A DNA stretch of 37,469 nucleotides. It comes from Atractiella rhizophila (Eukaryota). Under the pieces are notes generated by a model. The model was not told the origin of the DNA, ran no database searches, and saw only the letters and a program-made list of their open reading frames with translations. How positions within the stretch are numbered: the stretch's first letter is position 1; each line of letters opens with the position of its first letter. Where the stretch lies: contig MU271630.1 of NCBI GenBank assembly GCA_021432655.1, positions 1 to 37,469 on the forward strand. Reading direction: 5' to 3'. The translations under genes were made by a program, and so were the position numbers. Shown here in pieces: positions 1-9,572 of the stretch.

Positions 1-1388
1 GAGCTCGCGCACCATTCCTCCGAGTCGTTCAGAGAGGGATATGAAGGATGAACTTGGCCTTCCGGTTTGAGATCGTAGGTTGCCCCTCCCTCTCCCCCTG
101 CCTCTTCCTTGCCCTTGGACCGAGAGGTTGGAGGTCGAAACTTGAAGTGATGGATCTTCTGCAATCTTGAGGTAGCTCTCAGAGCCTTCCAAGAGAAGTT
201 TGGCCAATTTGACCGCGTTCAAGCGGACGAGAGAGGAAGAGTCGGAGCTGATGAGACTGAAGAGGTTGTTGTTCGAGGTAGAGAGGGAGTAGTAGGCGGA
301 GTTGGGATAGAAGGGGAAGAAGAGGTTGAAATACGGATGGAAGGTCTTTGGAGATTTCGATGTCGAAATGACCGAATGGAGGAGATTCAGCGCCGCGTTT
401 CGGATCTTGGATGCTATAACACGGCGGGATTCTTCTGGGGTTACATTTTGACGGTCTTCGCTCTCTGATTCCGAAGGAGTGGTCTCTCGCTTTCGCCAAG
501 AAGTGGACATGGAGTTTCCAACCCCTGAAACAGTATAGGAAGCAGAAGGGCTCGCATCCCTCTTTGAAGGCGTAGAGGGAAAGGGTTTGCGAAAGGATGT
601 TGCACTCGAAATAGAAGAGGTTGAGGTGCGTTTGCTTAAAGTAGAATCAGGATCGCGAAAGTAAGCCCACCAAGTGAGGTTATCGAAAGCGTCCGTATGG
701 AGTTGCTTGAGGATCGGTTGGTCGGATCCTTTCTCTTTTTCCGATGGTAGCTTGAGCACTAGCGTGTTGATGAGTCGTAGAGAAACTTCGACGAGTTGTA
801 GCCGTGATAACTCATCGGCTCCGTGACTATGAGAAAGGGAGGGTGCGGAACTCCTATACTTCTGCTCCTGAATGAGGATGCGGTTCGTCTCGTCGTACAC
901 GTTTTGGAAGGGTGATGGTTGTTTGGACGGGTAGGCGTTGACGGACACGATTGTGAGAAGGCAGGAGGCAGCCAGATGGCGCGTTTTGTGGGTTGCAGCT
1001 GTGTCCCGCAAGACGGACAGAAGGAAGGGAAAGAAAGAAGAGTCTTCCTGCTCTCCATCTCAGTTTAATTTGGAATAAGATAAAGCGAGAAGAGTGCACA
1101 GGGGTGCAACCATCCCTCAATTTGACCTTGAACGCGCTCAATCCGAGCTCGAGTGGACCATCCTGCATAGCTCTTATGCCTTCACCGTCACTCTCACTTT
1201 CTGTGAGCGATGGCTCCTTGATGCAGTTCTTCTTCGGTTTCTTCTTCAGCTTCCACGCTTTCAGGTGAGTCTCCAGCCGTTCGAGCTCCACTTCCATCAC
1301 TCCATCGCGGGTCTAACCAACATGTTGGATCAGTACCAGAACCACAACAAGAACAACAGCTGACCTCTGCAGACCCTGCTTCCGTCAT
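1..1388 (-). CDS. HEAT-repeat protein HEATR6-like (DUF4042 region); 3' end lies outside the window
   Basis: ATG at 1388; introns 1364-1313 (GTCAGC..TAG) and 1099-1048 (GTGCAC..CAG); exon 1047-1 is open to the window edge. The translation SKIRNAALNLLHSV..KTFHPYFNLFFP..LFSLISSDSSSLVRLNAVKLAKLLLEGSESYLKIAE..SFISLSERLGGMVREL resembles the DUF4042 pattern of HEATR6 proteins. Confidence 0.7.
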
Positions 1389-1824
1389 TTCCTCAGTTCT
1401 TTCCTATTCCTATTACTCTCCAAATTAAATTCCCCAGAGTGCCAAGAAAGATGTGGTTCCCGATCACTATTTCCGTAGTCTGGTATTCCCGTTTCGGACG
1501 AACCGAATGCAGATCCGCTGGGGCTGACATAAACTCAGCCATTCCAAAACAACATCCACTTGGACCACCACTCGCTTGAAGATTTCTAGACATCATAGAG
1601 TACACGTAGAGCATCTTGCCTGCACACATCCACAACTGCACACATCGCTCGACATCTCGCTCACTCGGGACTCAGCCGCGGCGGGACTCACTAGCACGAA
1701 AGCAGTGATCACCTGAGCTCCACTCATTCATATCAATCCATATCCCTCTCCCGAACTTCTCTCCTTCCAACCATCTACATTAACCACCACACAATATTCA
1801 CAGCCAACGATTATAGAACTCACA

Positions 1825-4800
1825 ATGCCGGCTCCAGTCGACACCCCAGTCTTTTCCGATTCAGGCTCAGAATACTCCATCGCTACGGGTCCAGGTGGGC
1901 GAGGAGGACCTCAGCGTTCTAGCAGTGTTGCGAGCAACTCGAGCTATGGGGGTGGAAAAAGTTATGTCGAAGCTGAGAAATATTATGGGTCCTCGCATCA
2001 AATGAGGATAAAGACGAGGACCTTTAGTTTCGTGAGCTTCCCTTTTTTCCCGCCGAAAAAAATGGGGGAAGGTAAAACGGAAAACGAAGCCGAAGCCCCG
2101 GGTTTTTCAAGGGGAAAAAAACAAAAACCAAGCCAACAACCCCCGGCCCGGAAAAAAGCAAACAACCCTGACCCAAAGGGGGGGCAACTTTGCAAAAAAG
2201 GGAACCCAACACTAAACCAAAACCGGGGAAAAGAACCAAGGAACAAAACAACGAAAATCCCCAACCAACGCCAAAAAAACAAGAAAAATGGCCCTGAACA
2301 AAAAAAAAAAAAACGCAAACTTCAAAGGCCGTTCTCTCTCCAATCATTTCATCCTCAGACTGACTTCGGACGAACCAACGTTAGATATCCGTCGACGACA
2401 AAGGTCCTAAAATCTTCCCCCTCGGAACCGCTCACTCGAACGGTTTCAAGTCCTTCGACATCCGAGGGACGTACATGTTGTCCAACCTACTCCAAGAGCT
2501 CGCTCTCGCACAGTCGTACAACCGTCGTAGGATCGTACTAGACGAATCCCGTCTGACTGAGAATCCGGTCAACCGTCTGAATCGAATGATCAAGAATGCT
2601 TTTTGGAGCGGATTGACACGACGAATCGACTCCCACGGTTTGAAACAAATCCTTTTGGACCCTAAGAACAGGAGTCCTGATCTCACTAGCTACATTTATG
2701 TCCCTTCTCATCCCGAGTGTAGCGATATGAGAGAATATTATCGCAATTTGGCGGTGAAGGATCCTTCGTTGAATCTCAAGGTCATCGAACTCCCTCCTCC
2801 GGATCAAATCGATGGAAAACTCACTTACTCCTTCAACTCCAAACCCGGAATTTTAGCGCTGGCCATGAGGAGGGAACATGAGAGGGAAGAGGAGACTTTG
2901 GAGAAGGAAGAGATTGAGGAATACATCAGGATGCATGGAAAGAGACCGGATATCAGGGAACCGAAAGATAGAGGAGAGTTGACTGGCATTCCCTTCGTCG
3001 TACCAGGAGCAAGGTTCAATGAGCTGTACAACGTAAGTTTTCGCCTTCGATCTCCAAACTCTCCGAGGAGGAGGAGCTGACAACAAGCTTGTTGCAGTGG
3101 GACAGCTACTTCATCTCCCTTGGTCTGCTCGTAGACGACAAAGTAGACCTCGCTCGAGGAATCTGCGAGCACTTTGCGTTCCAAGTCAAACACTACGGAA
3201 AGATCCTGAACGGCAACCGATCCTACTACCTCTGCCGCTCCCAACCTCCCTTCCTGACCGATTTCGCAGTCCAGATATGGGCACGTCTACCCAAGACCCT
3301 TTCTACCAAGTCCTTCCTCCGTCGTGCGATCAAGGCTGCAATCAAGGAATACCACACCGTTTGGATGGCTCTTCCCCGCCTCGACCCCGTTTCAGGTCTG
3401 AGTAGGTTCAGACCTGGTGGACAGGGAATACCTCCGGAAACTGAGGCGTCTCATTTCCTCCATATTCTCGAACCCTATGCTGAGAAACATGGATTGAGCG
3501 TTCATGAGTTTACGGAGGCTTATAATGAGGGAGTGATCAAGGAACCGGAGCTGGATGAGTACTTCTTGCATGACAGGTAAACCTCACCTCTTTCCCCAAA
3601 TTCGAAACGTGAGACTCACGCGTGCCTACTTTAGAGCGGTAAGAGAGTCTGGTCATGATACCACATACCGTTTCGAAAAGGTCTGCGCCAACCTCGGAAC
3701 TGTCGATCTCAATTCTCTGCTTTACAAATACGAGATCGACATCGCGTCTGCGATCAAGTCTGTATTTGACGACCGTCTCGAATTGGACGATGAGTTCGAC
3801 CTATCGCCCTACCCATTCGGGAGCGAAGTTCCAGACCACGTCGACCGACGAGAGAAGTCGACGTTCGCCTCGTATGTTCCTAGCCAATCGCCTTGGTTCA
3901 GCAACAAGGAGGGAAGGGAACGGATGCCCAAGATTTCGTCGACCGCGAAGGTTCAGACGAGCGCGGAGTGGTTGGCGAGAGCGATGAGGAGGAGGAAACT
4001 TATGGATAGGTATATGTGGCATGAGGGAAAGGCAATGTATTTCGATTATGATACCGTCAAGAGGAAGATGGGCCTTTATGAGTCCGTCACTTGCTTTTGG
4101 CCAATGTGGGCGGGATGCGCTAGCGAACACCAGGCTCAACAACTCATGTTTGTTCTTTTCGTCGTCACTCTTTGGAAATTGTAATGACCGACCGATGACC
4201 GTGGTGCAGGAGCAAAGCCCTCAAGAAGTTCGAGGTCACTGGGGGTCTCGTCAGCGGCACAAAAGAGTCAGTGGGCAAGATTGGACTAGACAAACCGAAT
4301 CGTCAGTGGGAGTATGTCCTCTTTCTTCCGTGCATCCGTTCTGTCATTCATGGTACTCGGAATAGTTATCCGTGCGCATGGGCTCCGCATCAAATCATGG
4401 GGTGGATTGGAATGGAAAGGTACGGATATAACGCCGACGCAGAAAGGCTTGCCTATCGATGGTGCTACATGCTCACCGCCGGCTTCGTCGACTTCAACGG
4501 CGTCGTTCCTGAGAAGGTATGCCATTGCTGTATACAACGAGGATCCTGGTCTGATCTCATGTGTCGGATAGTTGGACGCTGTAGCTCTCTCTCATCACGT
4601 CACCGCGGAGTATGGCAACCAAGGCGTGGACTTCAAGCGTATCAATCTCACAGGATTCGGATGGACGAACGCCTCGTACCAAATCGGACTCGAGTTCCTA
4701 CAGGTCGCTCAAAAACGAGCGATCGGTAACTTGATCGCTCCGGACGTCTTCTACAACATGGAAGGGAGACGTCGAGATCGCAACCAGGTGGAAGATTGGA

Positions 4801-5000
4801 GGGCAAAGGTGCATATGGGATCTAATGGGGGAGAGAGTGAGCTTGAGAGGGAGAGGATGGAGAGGGAGGAGGTGGAGGAGAAGTGGGAGATGGTCCGTGA
4901 TGGCAGGACTAGGAAGCTTTCTGCTGTCGCTGGCAGTCCTGGTGCCCCGAGCGAGTTTGGGAAGAAGCTGGTACAGGAGGCTAGTCAGACTAGCCCTTGA
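1825..5000 (+). CDS. NTH1: Neutral trehalase (GH37) with N-terminal regulatory region
   Basis: Exons 1825-2031, [degraded exon within about 2040-2330], 2385-3032, 3098-3576, 3635-4147, 4210-4311, 4366-4516, 4572-5000, with canonical GT-AG junctions for the readable introns. Motifs: [93 protein letters not shown]. Confidence 0.95.
2040..2330 (+). other. Homopolymer-smeared segment replacing trehalase exon 2 (probable base-calling or assembly artefact)
   Basis: Abrupt switch to runs of A/C/G with few T. The end of the segment (AAAATCCCCAACCAACGCCAAAAAAACAAGAAAAATGGCCCTGAACAAAAAAAAAAAAAACGCAAACTTCAAA) looks like a smeared coding sequence for KFLIDVEETMxxVLEQEDTDANFQ, which should directly precede ISVDDKGPK. 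Confidence 0.75.
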
Positions 5001-5487
5001 GGCCGGAGAGAGCACAGAAGGGAGGTTGAGGTTGAGTTGGGGTACCTTCAACCTCATTCAAGTGAAACGATAGAAGGCAAGAATGATTTTTTCTGGTTTC
5101 GTTCGTCGTTCGTTCAAGTTGGCACCTCGTTCGAATCGCATTCTAGATCTACCTTGCTTATTCCTTATTTCTATCCCATACCCCATTCCCCTAATCCCTT
5201 CTGCCTTCATTTTTCCTTGCTAAATGTTTGATGGATCGTTTTCGAGAATGAGGAGAAAGTGGCACATAATGTATGATTTATTGAGCATTGTCTCGCATGT
5301 GCTTATTTGTATGATAGAATCGAAAATCAAGAAATAAAAGCAATACATCATTTCATCTTCCATCCTCTGCTTGTGGTGCCAACTGGGAGGTCTATGATCT
5401 ATTGAATCAATCCAATGAAAATACAGAACAACAAATTTCTCCAGCTCCAAAAGATTCGAACTGCTTCAAACTCGGAGAGTCAATTGT

Positions 5488-6888
5488 CTACGCAAACGAT
5501 TTGTGTTTCCCGCTCCACCTTTCCGAAGGCCCATCAGCTCCTGCCATGAATCTGGATGAAAACAAAGGTGGGGCTCACAGGTCAGCAAAGAGTTTCCAAA
5601 GTACGGAGAACATGAGTCCCTGCAACCCATTTGCGAGCAGCCTGGTCGGGAGACCTCTGAAGAGGACCCCATTGAGTCCTTCCGCCGCATACACGTTCTT
5701 CAACGCTTGTGCTGTTACGATGTACACGCATCAGTCTCGATTATTGGTTAGGAGAGATAGAGGAGACGGACTGTAAGACACCTTCCGCTCGTCGACTTGT
5801 CGATAGGTCTTTAGTATCCTGAGCCAATTAGAGACAGTGTCGGAGGCGATGGATGCGATGAAACCGATGAATGCTTGACGGAGGTAGATGAGCGCTAATT
5901 CGTCCTCTGCAGGGAGAGGGAGGGTGCGTTTGAGAGAGTTATACGTCGCGAACCTGTCATCGTCATTGACAAATCGGCCGTTAGTAAGAAGATAAATAAA
6001 CATTAAGAAGGAAGGATGGAGAGAAAGGATGAATCTCACCAAGGATAGTGGCCCACGAAGGTAGCTGCCGCTGTTGCGAAAGCGCCATACCAAAGGCTAC
6101 CTATTCCGTTCTCCCTCACTCTTTGCTTTAAAATGGGAATTCCAGCCGGTCCTTGAGCTTGAAGGGTAGTCTTGAGGGTATCTATAGGCGTAAGGATCAT
6201 GCGAAAGAGGGCAGCGGCAAGAGAAGCGAAGATGGTGATGAGGGGAGTAGTCCATTTAGGCGGGTCGAGCGAGGAAATGATACTCTCGATACCGGCATTG
6301 GCAAATGTGTCCCCGAATCGGGAGAGCGGTCCTTGGAAGATGGCTGCTGAGAGACCGGAGTAGAAACGTGGGATCTTGCCCGCTTGCCAAAGGAGAGAAA
6401 CGGCGCCGGCGAAAGTGTGCCCAAAACGGTATTGGTAGTTCATCACCGCTACATCGATCCATAACAATCAGCGTGTCTAGGATAAAAATTAATTAAAGAA
6501 ATGGAAGGAGGGACGAACTTCGTAAAGGCATCAAAGTTAGAACTTGCACCACCATCGCCGCCGCGCCAGACAATCCTCCTCCAAGAGCATCCTTGAAAGA
6601 CTTTCGCCACTCGAATCCTCCCTTCTTCGAACCTCGGATCACGAATGCAGCCAACAGTCCCAATCCAGCGATACACACTCCCCAAAGGAGAGCGGTCTTC
6701 CACCCTGCACTCTTGTCCTTCTCTGGGACTGTTCCCTCTGGCTCGGCAGGAGGGGAGGCGAGTTTGGGAGGTGTGATAGACGAATATCCGGGAGGAGGAG
6801 TGGATGATTCTCCAGCCTCAGTCCTTAAAGTGGGAGGGAGCAGAGGCTGGCGCTCCAAATCGGCGTCCTGGTTCAAGTTGGCCGACAT
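5488..6888 (-). CDS. Mitochondrial carrier (SLC25)-fold protein with N-terminal extension and extra TM helix
   Basis: ATG 6888; introns 6518-6449, 6039-5954, about 5771-5712 and about 5580-5520; stop TAG at 5490-5488. Three carrier repeats: [94 protein letters not shown]. Confidence 0.88.
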
Positions 6889-7194
6889 CGCTCGATGGAA
6901 CGGATCCCTATCAACTGGCCAAACCCATCAAATGAAAAAGGTTCTCAAATATTTTGGAAACACACTCACTAGCGATATCTGGGGCTTCAAAGGAACAGGT
7001 GAATCTCACGCCTTTTTCTGAGGATTTGTCGACATTTTGAAATGCTGACTCTTGCGCGATCACGCGCTACCATTGCTCAATCATGTGACCTGCGACTGCT
7101 TTCATCTTTTCGTCCCTCGCGTCTTTCCGCTTCGACTTACTCCTTGCTTCCGCTATCTTTATTCTAGCATATCATCTCAGCATCCTTTGGGACC

Positions 7195-9101
7195 ATGCAG
7201 ACAGCACGGAAAGGCGTCCCGCCGCCCACGCGAAAGAGGACGTTCGCTCAGATATCCGCTCCTGCAGTTCAATCTCCTCAAAGAAAACGCGCCTTTGTGC
7301 CTAAGAACAATATGCCGAGTATCGCGCCGCCAGAGTCATCGTCGGAAGAAGAAGGAGAAGAGGAGAGGGAGAGGGAGAGGGAGAAGATGGTGGGGGGATC
7401 GACTTGTGGGAGGAGAAGGAGAGGAAGCTGAGATGAACGAGGTGGTGGGTGCGTTGACTGAGGGGAGGAGGCCGCAGATTACTGCTAGGAAGAGCATTTC
7501 GAGGTTTGGGTTAAAGGGAAGGGAATGGGAATGGGAAGGGAGGGAAGGGAGAGGAGAGAGCTCGGAAGGGCATATTTCAGAATGTCGTTTCGATTAAACC
7601 CGCGACGACGAAGCAATATTTAAGGCGGACGCAAGGTCCAAGAAGGGTCCTGTGCGGGGTCCATCACCGCCAAAACGCCCTCGAGCTTCGAACAAGCAGT
7701 CCACCTCGAAAGGAGGTGCAAGGGGAGCCGATGAAGGCGTCGAAGACCTCGACTCTCCCTCCGACATTTGAGCAGTTCCGAGCACTGAAGTCTCTGGGTA
7801 CTGCAATGCGGCTTGATCCTGAAGAGGGAAGAGGAGGATGAAATTGCCGTTATTTTTGAGGAGTTGTGTTTGGGTCTATTACAGCGTGGAAGGGAGAAAG
7901 TACGGAGGGAAAGAAGAGGTGGGTTTGGGACGGATCACGGATATGAGGATGCCTGCGCGACAGAAGACGGAGGGGGTCGTGGAGGCGGAGGCTGAGGAGA
8001 CTTGGATCGAGGTCGAGTGGTTTTAAAGCCTTCGGACCTCGAATACTTCAAGTCAGTCCTCCACCCTTCTTTCCTTTGCGACAGTTCGTTGTCATTATGT
8101 GCGCATTTACTTATCTAATTGGGATTGGGGAGTAGGAAATACGAATCCCTCTTGGACGGTCGACTGGCCTCTGAAGAGCTCGTACGGACGAACCATCGCG
8201 AACTCGTATCCGTCTCCTCCATCGCTGGTTTCGCGGACGTGTGGGCGTTCGACGAGTCGACGAACACTGTCACGTACGAGGTTCCGAAGGTGGAAGAGAA
8301 GGGGATGAGAGGGGCAGGGAAGATGAGCTCGATGGAGAAGCTGCAGAGCGGAATGAAGTGTCAGAATGGACGCTGGAGCGCCGGGATGGAGGAGAGGGCT
8401 TGGTTTTGGAGGTTTGAGCTGTCGAGGAGGGGGAGGGGGAATAGCGCTACCATTTCTCTTAAGGTCAGTCATCTCTCATGAATTTGTTACATCACTAGTC
8501 GTTTACTAATATATATATGGAATCCGACAGCCTGGAACACACATCAAGCATTGTACTTGTCGAGGACCTTACATCACATGGAAACCAATGATACACTGCG
8601 AGAGCTGTAAACTCTGGATTCACTCCTCATGCGCCATCGAAAAAGCTCCACAAACCTCACAGGACGCGAGCGAAGAGAAAGACTCGCCCTTTGTCTGGGA
8701 TTCTCAAGGACGGGAGGGCAAGACGCACCCGCGGACCTGCTGCAGTATGCACAGCGATCAATCGTCAGAGGAGGGAGTTATGGGCTCACTGGAAACTATG
8801 AGCTCGTGATGAGGTGTCGACAATTGGTGCGGGAGGAGATGTGGGAGACGTATGGGGAGGACGCAGAGGAGTCGGAGGAGTCGGAAGATGAGGTGGGGAG
8901 AAGGAGAAGCCGAAGTGGAAGAAGGAGATTGAGCGGTTTGAGGAGTGGAACGAGTATTATCAGAGGGAGGGCAGGGGTGCGATTGTGCCTTTTGTGTGGG
9001 AGGGAAGAGGAGGGTGGGAGAAGAAAGAGAAGAAGATCGAAAGGGGAAGGGATGACGTTGTTGAAAAGATGTGGTGCCCAAAATGCCTCACCAGAATTTG
9101 A
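7195..9101 (+). pseudogene. BAH-PHD chromatin reader (EBS/SHL/EPR-1-like architecture), frameshifted as given: pseudogene or indel errors
   Basis: BAH-like GRITDMR..WIEVEWF/KPSDL..EELVRTNHRELVSVSSIAGFADV; PHD-like HCTCRGPY..MIHCESCKLWIHSSC; LLQYAQRSIVRGGSYGLTGN; C-terminal CPKCLTRI* (TGA 9099-9101). Introns at about 8052-8134 and 8464-8530. At least five frame changes are needed (about 7395, 7550, 7800-7860, 8024, 8727, 8897). Confidence 0.7.
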
Positions 9102-9529
9102 ACGGTGAACTGGGGACTATTTGATGGAGGGAACTGCAAATCGTGATGGAGCATCTTGGTATTTTGTCTTCTATGTTGGAAGCACTTTGTTATTTTATTT
9201 TGTTTGTTAGCAGTTGGTTTGAGCAATACGGTAAATGGTAATACCCCGCGGCATCTTGCTGCCACCATATCAGACCGTATTCAACCTCCCTCCCTGAGAT
9301 TACGATCAATTATACGTAAAGAAAGCTGACGAAGGTAAGAAAGCGGTAATGGGAGAACAACAACAGGTCCGGCAAGGCTTCGCGCCGACAAGACACAGGG
9401 CTTTCGAAGCCTGTGCCTTTCCCGGCTTCTTCCGTCCACAAAAATTTATTTTCCCCAAAAACCAAAAAGAACGACCGCTTCGCTTTCAACTTCGCTTTCA
9501 CACTCTTCTCACCCACTCCACTCATCACC

Positions 9530-9572
9530 GTGCGTGCTCGTCTGTGGCTGGGAGCTGCCTAACGCTGTGTAG
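9530..9572 (+). other. 5'-UTR intron ending immediately before the citrate synthase ATG
   Basis: GTGCGT donor at 9530, CTAAC branch point, TAG acceptor at 9572 abutting ATG 9573. Splicing gives CATCACC|ATG. Confidence 0.65.

Noticed and set aside
1666..1690. Direct repeat CGGGACTCA x2 in the divergent promoter upstream of trehalase
   Set aside because: Only two short copies and no factor I can assign; not an array or mobile-element end.
1998..2347. Phe/Gly-rich minus-strand ORFs (106 and 107 aa) and the Lys-rich part of ORF 1825-2541
   Set aside because: Products of the low-complexity smeared segment; not credible proteins.
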